A stretch of DNA of 42,487 nucleotides from a virus (lineage: Duplodnaviria > Caudoviricetes). The position numbers were made by a program, and so were the translations under genes. Positions 1 through 8,943 of this stretch are shown one piece after another. The notes beneath the pieces are model-generated. The model ran no database searches and had not been told where the DNA came from. It worked only from the letters and a program-made list of their open reading frames with translations. The stretch covers positions 1 to 42,487 of IMG/VR virus record IMGVR_UViG_3300024320_000014, one strand, 5' to 3'. The stretch's first letter is position 1, and each line of letters starts with the position of its first letter.

Positions 1-1217
1 CGGCAACTATTCTCAAAGGAAACTCTGAGAATGTAGTTAACTCTGCGCCATTTATTGCGGCTCATGTTCAAAGTTTACAACCAGATAGACAAAGATTACA
101 AGAACCATTTTTTAATGATGCGGTAAGTGTCAATGAAAGAAAATTTGATTCTACTACAAATGCGTATACTAGTGAACCAGGTAACAAATATAGTGTAAAA
201 CGATTAATGCCAGTTCCTTACTTATTGAACATGCAAGTTGATGTTTGGACTTCTAATACAGACCAAAAACTTCAATTGCTTGAGCAAATGCTAGTATTAT
301 TCAATCCAGCATTAGAAATACAACACAACGATAATCCTGTAGACTGGACTACTATTACAGTAGTAGAAATGACTGACTTACAGTGGACAAGCAGAGGAAT
401 ACCAGCAGGTGTTGAAGACCAAATTGATATCGCAACAATGATATTTCAAATTCCTATTTGGATTAATCCACCAGCACAGGTAACAAGACAAAACGTAATT
501 AGAAATGTTATTAATAACATTTACACGTATTCAGATTTAGATACAATTGATTACGACCCAGATGCATTTGAATTCTTCGCAGACTTACAGGCACAATCAA
601 GTGTCATTGTAACTCCAGGAAACTATGCTTTACGAGTTTATGAAAATGGTAGTGATGTATGGTGTAGTCCATATGCAAATGGAAACTATAATGATAATAT
701 TCCTTGGTCAAAAGTATTAAAAGAATATGGTACATTAGATAGCGGAGTATCAAGGCTTCGATTAAAATATCATGGAGAAGTAGAAGACCTTAATGCCGAT
801 GTTATCGGTACATTATCAACTGTTACTGGTGTAGATAATGCATTACAGTTTACAATAGACCCTGCTACTCTACCAACAAACACAGTAACTTCTGTAGATA
901 GAATTATTAATGCCTCTACAGCAAAACCAGGATTTAATGGTATTCCCGCAGTAGCATCAGGACAAAGATACCTAACTTTAGATTCTGCTAAAGCCACTAG
1001 TGTTTGGGGAATTGAAATTGCGACTGGTGACATCTTAGAATACAATGGAACAGCATGGGTAAAAAGTTTTGATGCAAGTGCTAACGCAACACGTGAGTAT
1101 GTAACAAATACTTTTTCTTCTCAACAATTCAAGTTTGAAAAGGGAGAATGGACGGACACTTATCAAGGAATATATGATGGTGGATACTGGAGAATGGAAC
1201 TAGTAGTGACCCCATAA
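1..1217 (+). CDS. T4 gp15-like tail sheath stabilizer / tail completion protein, 5' truncated by the window edge
   Basis: The frame of ORF 207..1217 is open back to position 3 (ATILKGNSENVVNSAPF...). PVPYLLNMQVDVWTSNTDQKLQLLEQMLVLFNP resembles the gp15 PVPY...QIVEQILPYFQP motif. There is a C-terminal extension with GQRYL...WG...GDILEYNGTAW. Confidence 0.7.
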   Translation, partial: ATILKGNSENVVNSAPFIAAHVQSLQPDRQRLQEPFFNDAVSVNERKFDSTTNAYTSEPGNKYSVKRLMPVPYLLNMQVDVWTSNTDQKLQLLEQMLVLFNPALEIQHNDNPVDWTTITVVEMTDLQWTSRGIPAGVEDQIDIATMIFQIPIWINPPAQVTRQNVIRNVINNIYTYSDLDTIDYDPDAFEFFADLQAQSSVIVTPGNYALRVYENGSDVWCSPYANGNYNDNIPWSKVLKEYGTLDSGVSRLRLKYHGEVEDLNADVIGTLSTVTGVDNALQFTIDPATLPTNTVTSVDRIINASTAKPGFNGIPAVASGQRYLTLDSAKATSVWGIEIATGDILEYNGTAWVKSFDASANATREYVTNTFSSQQFKFEKGEWTDTYQGIYDGGYWRMELVVTP

Positions 1218-1654
1218 TGAAAGAATCAAGAATTAGAGCGGCAGGTGGTTGTATAGTCGCAAAAGACACACATAGAATACTTCTTCAACAAAGAACAATT
1301 GATGGTTCATTTCCAAGAAATTGGGGATTCTTTGGTGGTAAAGTTGAAGAAGATGAAAATATCGCACAAGCACTTTTACGTGAACTGACTGAAGAAATAT
1401 CATTAAGTGTTGAAGACGATGTTATCAAAATATATCCATTAGACCAATATCATGCAAGAACTGGAGAATTCAGTTACTACTCTTTTGTTATATTAGTCAA
1501 CAAAGAATTCATACCAAAAATGAATCACGAATCAGGTGGTTATGCATGGGTAGAAACAAACTATATACCAAAGCCACTACATCCCGGCACAAGACGTACA
1601 CTATTTCGAAAGAAAAAATTAAAAATCATTAAAGACATTATATCGTCACTTTGA
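1217..1654 (+). CDS. Nudix hydrolase
   Basis: Nudix box GGKVEEDENIAQALLRELTEEISL; start overlaps the upstream stop (TAATG). Confidence 0.9.
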   Translation: MKESRIRAAGGCIVAKDTHRILLQQRTIDGSFPRNWGFFGGKVEEDENIAQALLRELTEEISLSVEDDVIKIYPLDQYHARTGEFSYYSFVILVNKEFIPKMNHESGGYAWVETNYIPKPLHPGTRRTLFRKKKLKIIKDIISSL

Positions 1655-1669
1655 GCCACTCCTTTTACT

Positions 1670-1677
1670 CCTAAATA
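1670..1677 (+). promoter_or_regulatory. Putative late promoter (CCTAAATA)
   Basis: TAAATA core in the intergenic gap, upstream of the GAGGAG RBS of 1711..2412. Confidence 0.45.
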
Positions 1678-1710
1678 TTACTGTAAGATGAGAAGTTTTG
1701 AGGAGACATA

Positions 1711-2412
1711 GTGAATCATATTATAAATTTAGAAAGACAACGATTCATCCGTGACTGTAAACAAGTTCTTAAAGGTGAAAGAGTTACGGATAGCCTAAGA
1801 AGAACAATCGTTCATTCAAGCCCTGGCCATGTAGAGTATCTAAAAAGAGATTTAGATAATACAGAGGCTCGTCTTGTTGACATTGTTATTGCGAAAGTTA
1901 AAGAAGAATCAAAGAAGGCATTATCAGCAAGTAGCCAACGTATTAACATACTGGCTATAAGTGTACTTGAAAACTTATCTACTGAAAGTTCAGCATTTGC
2001 TATCGAAGAAATAATGAAAAGGTACAGAGAAAGTATCAATCCCGTAAAAGCGTTGTATTACGATTTACAAGAGATTATGTTTCTATATGATGGTAAACCA
2101 AAGAACAAACATCACCAGTTCCTAATTAACAAATTCAGAGATATCAAATCTTTTGAAAAGATAATTGAAGCCGTTGACCGAGATTTATCAGACTTAAGTG
2201 AATGTAAACTGAGAGTTAACAAACTAAAAAGAGAACACAATTATCCTAATACTAGTGAACATCTAAAGAAGATAGTAGACTTATATAATGAGATGATTCA
2301 GTGGAAAACACTGTTTGAAAAGTTTCCTGAGTGGATTAACGAGAACTCATTGCCCGTGGACCCCAAGGGTTCCAACAACTTCTGTACAACTATCAAAAAA
2401 ATCTTCAAATAA
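1711..2412 (+). CDS. Hypothetical protein, 233 aa, predicted helical and charged
   Basis: Long ORF with GTG start and GAGGAG RBS; no motif recognised. Confidence 0.8.
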   Translation: MNHIINLERQRFIRDCKQVLKGERVTDSLRRTIVHSSPGHVEYLKRDLDNTEARLVDIVIAKVKEESKKALSASSQRINILAISVLENLSTESSAFAIEEIMKRYRESINPVKALYYDLQEIMFLYDGKPKNKHHQFLINKFRDIKSFEKIIEAVDRDLSDLSECKLRVNKLKREHNYPNTSEHLKKIVDLYNEMIQWKTLFEKFPEWINENSLPVDPKGSNNFCTTIKKIFK

Positions 2413-2464
2413 TTAAAAATAATTAAAAAAAGTGGTTGACAAGACGAATCACTTGTGCTATATT
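2411..2464 (+). promoter_or_regulatory. Sigma70-type promoter with A-tract UP element
   Basis: TTGACA (2436-2441), 17-nt spacer ending TGc, TATATT (2459-2464); A-rich tracts at 2411-2431. Confidence 0.85.
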
Positions 2465-2470
2465 AGTATT

Positions 2471-2690
2471 ATAAGTAGCAAAAGTCTAATTAACTTTTGT
2501 TAATAGTGCAAGGAAGAGGCTCCTACCAAAAGAGTCGAACTTGACTGTCCAGGGGTGGTACCCAGGCATTATCCGGAGAACGGAAGGTGTCACATCGAAG
2601 TCACTTTCGGGGATAGGTTGTACGGTTTAGAAATGGTATTTCGGTCCGTACTTGTAGGTGTAACCAAGTCCTACCTATTTTACTTTATAT
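2471..2690 (+). ncRNA. Putative structured ncRNA (~210 nt), family unknown
   Basis: Bounded by a promoter and a terminator, with no credible ORF. GC-richer than flanks. Several helices with G-U pairs that work on the + strand. Confidence 0.7.
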
Positions 2691-2692
2691 AA

Positions 2693-2721
2693 AAAAAGGG
2701 AACCCTAAAGGTTCCCTTTTT
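2693..2721. terminator. Bidirectional intrinsic terminator
   Basis: AAAAAGGGAACC-CTAAA-GGTTCCCTTTTT, between the convergent ncRNA (+) and fibre gene (-). Confidence 0.9.
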
Positions 2722-2751
2722 CATTTTAAATCTTAGTACAAAGTCAGTAAA

Positions 2752-5241
2752 TTACTTACCTACTTTAACTTCAACATAGCCTTCGCCATCAGTAGTCTTG
2801 TCTTCAATAGCAATACCAACATATGCTGTCATACGTGGGTCTACTGAATTTTCAAGCCATACTGTTGCAACACCTGAAATTTCTGATGCTACAAGAATGT
2901 CACCTTTAGAAACTGTACCAGTTACTTTACATGGAACACGTCCTTGTAGAGCAATATATGGATGAGTTTCTGATGAACCTGCTTCTGAGTTCATTGCGAA
3001 TGCTGGCTTAGTAGAAACTACACCTGCAATCTTAGTTGAACCATAACCTTGTGCTGAAGTAACTTCTGCTTCACCGCCAAATGATACAACTGTACCTTCT
3101 TCATATGTTGCGTCAGCCGCATATCTTTCAGCAAGGTCGGCATATTTTGCATATGTCGCCGTACCGTTGAAGTTAGTAAATGTTGCGTCACCGCCACCAG
3201 TGATATCATTACCACCCATTGCGATGTCACCTGACATAGTACCACCTGCTAGTGCTAGTTTAGTAGCAATAGAGTTAGTAACCGTAGTACTAAATGATGC
3301 GTCATCACCTAATGCTGCCGCTAGTTCATTCAACGTATTCATAGCCGCTGGAGAACTGTCAACTAATGCCGCAATTTCTGTATCTGCATAAGTTTTCGCA
3401 TCTGCTTCTGCCGTATCTGCATATGATTGATATGCAGTTGTAATTGCAGTTTCACGTGCGTCTGTGTAAGCCTTAACTGATTGTTGAGTTGGAACTTTAG
3501 TAGCACTATCTGAAGCCATGTTATCTTCATCTACAACAAATGACATTGCTGCCGTTGTTGCATCAGATTCCATAACTGCACCAGCCGCCGCTACGTTAGT
3601 AGCATCTGTAACATCTGCTGTAGCCTCAATAGCGTCTAATTTGCTATGGTCTGCATCAGTGAATACATTTGAGTCTGTTGCCGCTTCAACTGCCGCTCTG
3701 ATTTCTGCATCAGTTTGGTCTGCTGTAGCCGCCGCTTCAATGGCATCTAGTTTAGAATGGTCTGCATCAGTAAAGTTGTTTTTTGATAACTCGCCGTCTT
3801 GTATAGAATACGTAGTATCCGCTGAAACAAGCGTTAGTGTACCAGCCGCATCGTCATAAGTTGCAGTAACATTTGTACCGCCGACGATTAATGTGCCAAC
3901 TCTATCATCTACTCTTTCATTAGTAAAGTATAGGTTTGAACCTTCTGCTAAATCACCAGTATCTGAACTTGCTAGACCTGTTGTTGAAATAACACCAGTT
4001 GATGAGTTATAAGAAATATCACCAGAAACACTAATTGCCGCACGGCTTCTAGCATCTGTGTAATATAAATTTGTTGAACCTTCAGTAATTTCGTCAGAGT
4101 TGTCTTTACCTGCTACTGATGAATCTACATAAGCCTTAACTGATTGCTGTGTAGGAACGTGTGTTGCACTGTCTGAAGCCATGTTGTCTTCATCTTTAAG
4201 ATGGTCCGCGATGCTTGTTACAGTACCAGCAGAACCTGAAGTGTTACCTGTTACGTTACCTGTTACATTACCAACTACATCACCAGTTACACCACCAGTT
4301 ACATCACCAGTTAAGTCACCTTCGAATGTTGCCGCTATAAATGTTTCTGCACCAACTGTCCATTTATCAACTGATTCGTCCCATAGTAATTGCTTACTTA
4401 AAGAAGTACCACGCTGAACGTCAATACCAGCATTCTGTGAAGGAGCGCCAGTTTCGTCAGAGTTAAGTTCAATAATATTGTCACCAATATCTAGTACGTT
4501 TGTGTTAATTGATGTAGTTGTACCATTAACTGTTAAGTTACCACCAATAGTAGCGTTACCTGAAGTAGTTACTGTTGTAAAAGAACCTGCGTTTGAGCCA
4601 CCAGTTACAGCCGTGCCTGACGTAGTATCTACGTATGCTTTGTTTGCCGCATCAGTACTAGAAACCGGAGTTGCTAGTTCTTTAATTAATGATGAATTCA
4701 TATCGATGTGGTCACCGATTTGTAAATCACCAGATACTGCGCCTAATTCACCAGTAAAGTTAATACCATTACCTGAAATGAATTTTAACGTACCAGTACC
4801 AGCAGTAGTTAATTTAAGGTCTTCGTTGTTATCTGTTGTAATATTGATTGAGCCAGAGTCATCTTCAATAACTTTCTTACCGTTAATGTATAATGAACCA
4901 GGACCAATGTAAACATCTTTCCACATCTTTGTTGCTGAACCTAAATCATAAGTAATATTTGCACTTGGCAAAATATGACCCGTCATTGTTAGGTTTCCAC
5001 CCATAGTTGTTGTAGATGTTACTGCTAATGTTCCACCAACTGTTACGTTACTTGAGAACGCACCTGTTGATGTTGATACTGCGGCACCTTCTAGTGCCAG
5101 GGCGTATCCACCCGCTGTTGAACCGTTGTGGACGACAACTGTATTTTTAGTTGTATCTACTGTTACCTCACCTGCTAAGCCAGTGAATGAATTATGTTCA
5201 GTAGTTGTACCACGTCGGAATTGAATTGCATATGCTGCCAT
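2752..5241 (-). CDS. Fibre protein (tail or head) with Mtd_N-like N-terminus and C-terminal intramolecular-chaperone (Peptidase_G2-like) domain
   Basis: N-terminal IQFRRGTTTEH...GEVTVDT motif, GDVTG repeats and EGSTNLYYTDAR repeats. C-terminal YADLAERY...GVVST.PAF.MN...IALQGRVPCKV...KGDILV. AGGAGA RBS. Confidence 0.8.
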   Translation of the reverse strand: MAAYAIQFRRGTTTEHNSFTGLAGEVTVDTTKNTVVVHNGSTAGGYALALEGAAVSTSTGAFSSNVTVGGTLAVTSTTTMGGNLTMTGHILPSANITYDLGSATKMWKDVYIGPGSLYINGKKVIEDDSGSINITTDNNEDLKLTTAGTGTLKFISGNGINFTGELGAVSGDLQIGDHIDMNSSLIKELATPVSSTDAANKAYVDTTSGTAVTGGSNAGSFTTVTTSGNATIGGNLTVNGTTTSINTNVLDIGDNIIELNSDETGAPSQNAGIDVQRGTSLSKQLLWDESVDKWTVGAETFIAATFEGDLTGDVTGGVTGDVVGNVTGNVTGNTSGSAGTVTSIADHLKDEDNMASDSATHVPTQQSVKAYVDSSVAGKDNSDEITEGSTNLYYTDARSRAAISVSGDISYNSSTGVISTTGLASSDTGDLAEGSNLYFTNERVDDRVGTLIVGGTNVTATYDDAAGTLTLVSADTTYSIQDGELSKNNFTDADHSKLDAIEAAATADQTDAEIRAAVEAATDSNVFTDADHSKLDAIEATADVTDATNVAAAGAVMESDATTAAMSFVVDEDNMASDSATKVPTQQSVKAYTDARETAITTAYQSYADTAEADAKTYADTEIAALVDSSPAAMNTLNELAAALGDDASFSTTVTNSIATKLALAGGTMSGDIAMGGNDITGGGDATFTNFNGTATYAKYADLAERYAADATYEEGTVVSFGGEAEVTSAQGYGSTKIAGVVSTKPAFAMNSEAGSSETHPYIALQGRVPCKVTGTVSKGDILVASEISGVATVWLENSVDPRMTAYVGIAIEDKTTDGEGYVEVKVGK

Positions 5242-5477
5242 TTTCGTTTTCTCCTGAGTTTAATTTTGTTCTATTGTAAAATTATAAGACTGTTAGTGAG
5301 TATTATTGTTCTTTCCGATTCCAGAAAAATCAACTTCACAACGGTTACAGGTTACTCAGCAACCACACTCCCCCTTTCGGCTAATATTAAAGGTTAGCCT
5401 AGTAGAAATCTACTTGGGATTCAGCCAACAGGACCCTTTATCTTCCTGTCACACTGTCGTAACAGGATTCCTGTTAC
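5242..5477 (-). promoter_or_regulatory. Long structured 5' leader or ncRNA upstream of the fibre gene
   Basis: ~236 nt between a TATAAATA promoter and the ATG, with several hairpins (GTAACAGG/CCTGTTAC, GACAGGA/TCCTGTT, GTAG/CTAC, GGCTAA/TTAGCC, GGTTGC/GTAACC). Confidence 0.6.
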
Positions 5478-5482
5478 AATAC

Positions 5483-5490
5483 TATTTATA
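5483..5490 (-). promoter_or_regulatory. T4-type late promoter TATAAATA
   Basis: Exact match to the T4 gp55 consensus in intergenic DNA. Confidence 0.75.
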
Positions 5491-5543
5491 TAAATGTGTC
5501 GAAAAGCAATACTTACAGTTAATTTTATTAAGAACTGAGTTAA

Positions 5544-7643
5544 TTATAAAATAACTACTTCAATCAGTTTTTTACCTTCTGTTAAGTCTGTTTCTATTGA
5601 TTTGGCAAACACTGAACGACCTGCGTTCTCTTTGCCTACACTTTGAGCAAAGCCCGGCTCATTGTCTGCTGTTACGATTAGGTCACCTTTAGATACTGGT
5701 CCAATAAAATTACATGGAACTCTTCCTCTTAGTGCAACGTAAGGGTGTGTTTGTGAATTACCAGCATCAGCATTTAGTTTAATCGCTGGATTTGTAGATA
5801 TAACTCCTGCAACCGAAACATCTCTTGCTTCTGTCGTTGTTGTTATCTCTGCCTCGCCACCAAATACTACAACTGTTCCTTTTAAATAAGGAACATCAGT
5901 TGCATATCGTTCTGCTAAGTCGGCATAATGTGCATGAACTGAATGTCCATATATGTTTGCATATTTTTTAGTAGTACTTCCTAAATCATATGTATTATCT
6001 AGTGATGGAATTATAGTTCCAGTAGGATTCATTGCCGCTATTTGATTTGTTATTGTTGTACTAAAGTTGGCATCATCTCCTAATGCCGCGGCTAATTCAT
6101 TTAATGTATCTAATGAACCAGGTGCAGAATCTACTAAAGCATCAATTTTCAATTGTGCCCTTACATCTGCTCTTGCATCTGTGTAATATAAATTTGTTGA
6201 ACCTTCTGCTAAATCATCTGTAGTAGAAGAAGCAAGTCCTTGGGTTGATATAACACCAGTAGATGAATTATAAGTTAAGTCGCCTGCTACAGATATTGCC
6301 GCTCTTGAACGAGCATCTGTATAATATAAATTTGTTGAGCCTTCTGTAATTTCGTCAGTATTGTCTTTAGTTGCAACTGCATTCGAAATTGCTGTTGTAA
6401 CTGCTGATGAAGTCATTGCATCGGTGATACCATAACCTGCAATTGTAGTTGGCTTTCCTGTAAAGTTTGCCCATGCTAAGAAATGTGCTGGAAGATTTCC
6501 ACCCAATGTATTTGCATCGGTTAATGATGTTGCTGTAAATGTTGTACCTAATTTTAAAACACTCATTACAGCACCATTACCCAACGGTGATGTTAATGAT
6601 AGGGTTGTTGAAGACATTAAATAATCTGTTGTTGGATGTTTAACGACTCCATCAATATAAACTAGTATTTGATAATTTTGTCCTATTGTATATGGTAATG
6701 TATACGTACTAGTTGAACCGTTTCCTGTAAAGGTATGATATGTCAATTCATTTATAGGAGAACTTGTATCGATTACAATTTCGTCTCCAGATAAAGCAAC
6801 TGTTAGGTCTCCATGTCCACCTGATGCTATTTTACCTTCGCGGATAGTTCTAAATTTTGCTTGAGTTGTATCTGTTGTATCTAATACTGCAATGGCTGAG
6901 CCTGCATTGATTGGGTCAAATGCTAGAGTGAATTCATTTCCTGCATCATTATAAGTTCCCGTTATTCCGTATGCGTTTGTAAACAACGAATCAATTCGGT
7001 CATCAACTCTTTCATCAGTAAAGTATTTGTTTGTGCCTTCGGTTAAATTAGTAGTTGTATAATTTGTAAGAACATTAGTAATCGCTGTTCCATCACCAGT
7101 TATAGTAGTAAATGTGCCAGAATTTGGAGTCAAGTTGCCGATAATGGTATCATTCATTGTACCAAGCCAGATTCGAACATCTGTAAAATCAGATAGTCCA
7201 GTAGCAATAATATCTGCACCTAGTGTATCTAATCCACCGAAATGCATTCCAGTAGTGTTGCCAGTTACGTTGCCAGTTAAAGCACCTTCAAAACCATTTG
7301 TAGATTTAACTTTTTGATTAAAGTCCCAACTATCTGTTGAGTCAGTCCATAAAATTGTTTTATCAGTAGTACCCTTAAGAGTAATACCGCCGCCATCTGC
7401 TGTAGTATCTGTGGGAGAACCTATTGCACCAAGTTCAATGTTCTTATCATCAATAGTTAATGTAGCAGAATTAACAGTAGTTGTTGTTCCTTGAACTGTT
7501 AAGTCTCCTGTAATTATTGTGGCACCTTCAATCTGAACTGTTCCGTTCTCAGACATGATTGTACCTGCACTTGCACCATTATCTAATACTAATTTCTCAC
7601 CTTTGAGAAATAGTCTGTCACCAAATTTGATTTGTTCTGCCAT
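5544..7643 (-). CDS. Fibre protein (tail or head) with C-terminal intramolecular-chaperone-like domain; paralog of 2752..5241
   Basis: Shares the TVQGTTTTVNS..L.I.D..IEL segment, EGSTNLYYTDAR repeats, LDTLNELAAALGDDANFSTT and the YADLAERY...GRVPC C-terminus with the neighbouring fibre. Confidence 0.8.
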   Translation of the reverse strand: MAEQIKFGDRLFLKGEKLVLDNGASAGTIMSENGTVQIEGATIITGDLTVQGTTTTVNSATLTIDDKNIELGAIGSPTDTTADGGGITLKGTTDKTILWTDSTDSWDFNQKVKSTNGFEGALTGNVTGNTTGMHFGGLDTLGADIIATGLSDFTDVRIWLGTMNDTIIGNLTPNSGTFTTITGDGTAITNVLTNYTTTNLTEGTNKYFTDERVDDRIDSLFTNAYGITGTYNDAGNEFTLAFDPINAGSAIAVLDTTDTTQAKFRTIREGKIASGGHGDLTVALSGDEIVIDTSSPINELTYHTFTGNGSTSTYTLPYTIGQNYQILVYIDGVVKHPTTDYLMSSTTLSLTSPLGNGAVMSVLKLGTTFTATSLTDANTLGGNLPAHFLAWANFTGKPTTIAGYGITDAMTSSAVTTAISNAVATKDNTDEITEGSTNLYYTDARSRAAISVAGDLTYNSSTGVISTQGLASSTTDDLAEGSTNLYYTDARADVRAQLKIDALVDSAPGSLDTLNELAAALGDDANFSTTITNQIAAMNPTGTIIPSLDNTYDLGSTTKKYANIYGHSVHAHYADLAERYATDVPYLKGTVVVFGGEAEITTTTEARDVSVAGVISTNPAIKLNADAGNSQTHPYVALRGRVPCNFIGPVSKGDLIVTADNEPGFAQSVGKENAGRSVFAKSIETDLTEGKKLIEVVIL

Positions 7644-7682
7644 TTTATTATTCCGAAAATACTAATAAGTTATTATTATATG

Positions 7683-7690
7683 TATTTATC
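7683..7690 (-). promoter_or_regulatory. Putative late promoter GATAAATA
   Basis: Lies between the capsid terminator and the fibre start codon. Confidence 0.6.
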
Positions 7691-7713
7691 TTATGGGTTT
7701 GGAATCAGGCAAT

Positions 7714-7738
7714 AAAAAAGGCTCCCGAAGGAGCCTTT
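7714..7738 (-). terminator. Intrinsic terminator after the major capsid gene
   Basis: Minus strand AAAGGCTCC-TTCG-GGAGCCTTTTTT: cUUCGg tetraloop followed by a U-tract. Confidence 0.92.
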
Positions 7739-7762
7739 CTATATTCAATTTGTATAAATTTT

Positions 7763-8920
7763 TTACACGAATGAAAGGTTTGCCATAGCAATTTTTGAAA
7801 CGTAGTCCGCCGCATTACCAAGTGATGATGCAGTGTTGTTTAGTTCAACATAACCATAACGAGTCATGAATGAAACTACTGGCTCAAAAGTGCCTGGGTC
7901 AACCACAACGCCTGAAGACATTAATGGTACGTATGGGCAATAGAACGCAGCCGCGTCAATTTCGCCTTGACCTTTATAGCCTAAAAGAACATCTGTTGTG
8001 TCTGAAGCATATGTATTTACATAGATACGCATAGTACCGTTTAGAGTACCAACAAACTTAGTGTTTGTAGGTGCTTCGAAAGTACCTTCAGTAGTACGAG
8101 CAAATGCTGATGTAGTAGCAGACTGTAGTACAGTCAATGCCGCTGGAGAAACTACTGCCCAGTTTGCCGCGCCTCTACGAGTACGTTGTGCAATTAGGTT
8201 TGCTTCTCTGTTCATCATTGTTGCAAGTACGGCATGTCTGTCACCAACGAAAGTTGGAGTACCAGTAAATGAACCGTTCATATCATATGATGCTGTGCCT
8301 GTAGCAAGAGCGCCTAGTGAACCTAGAACTTCTTGGTCGATTTCAGCAGTGATTTCCATAGCAAGTGCTGCCATGATTTCTGCTTCAACATCTAAGCCGT
8401 GCATTGAGTTAGCATCTTGTGCCGCTTCAAAAGTCCAACGTGCAGATAGTTTACGAGTTTTCGCTTCAACTGTTTGCTTAAGAACTTGAATTGACATTTT
8501 GTTACCAGCATCGCCTTCCATTGATGAAGTAGCCGCCGGAGCGTTTGTACCATCGCCAGAATATGATGTAGCAATATCAAAAGGTGATAATGCTTCTGAA
8601 CCTGCTGTAGTTGAACCTACAGTTTCAGCGTATCTCACACGTAGTGTATGAATTTGTCCTACTGGACCAGTCATTGGTTGAACACCAATAATTTCGTTTG
8701 CAATAACAGTAGGCATTACACGTCTAATGATTGGTAAAATTACTTTGTTTAAAGTAGCAACGTTACCAGCCTGTGATGCACCTGCTGTAGCACTTTCTGT
8801 AAGTGCTGATTTTGTGTTTTCTAAAACTGATGACATTACGTCACGCTTGTTACCTTCTAAACCGTCTAGAAGTGTTTCACGAGTAGTGTCCCAATTTTTT
8901 CCTTCGAAAAGATTTTCCAT
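7763..8920 (-). CDS. Major capsid protein, T4 gp23-like
   Basis: IRRVMPTVIANEIIGVQPMTGPVGQIHTLR, VEAKTRKLSARWTFEAAQD, FYCPYVPL and FMTRYG are hallmark gp23 motifs; strong AAGGAG RBS. Confidence 0.96.
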   Translation of the reverse strand: MENLFEGKNWDTTRETLLDGLEGNKRDVMSSVLENTKSALTESATAGASQAGNVATLNKVILPIIRRVMPTVIANEIIGVQPMTGPVGQIHTLRVRYAETVGSTTAGSEALSPFDIATSYSGDGTNAPAATSSMEGDAGNKMSIQVLKQTVEAKTRKLSARWTFEAAQDANSMHGLDVEAEIMAALAMEITAEIDQEVLGSLGALATGTASYDMNGSFTGTPTFVGDRHAVLATMMNREANLIAQRTRRGAANWAVVSPAALTVLQSATTSAFARTTEGTFEAPTNTKFVGTLNGTMRIYVNTYASDTTDVLLGYKGQGEIDAAAFYCPYVPLMSSGVVVDPGTFEPVVSFMTRYGYVELNNTASSLGNAADYVSKIAMANLSFV

Positions 8921-8943
8921 CTTTCTCTCCTTTTTTTGGTTTC

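Noticed and set aside
5370-5430. c-di-AMP (ydaO) riboswitch call
   Set aside because: Only a partial resemblance; the 5' half and the 3' GUCAGCUAAC segment are missing. Kept only as an unassigned structured leader.
2752-7643. Diversity-generating retroelement suggested by the Mtd_N-like domain and repeats
   Set aside because: No reverse transcriptase in the window. The repeats are internal coding modules and their mismatches are not adenine-specific.
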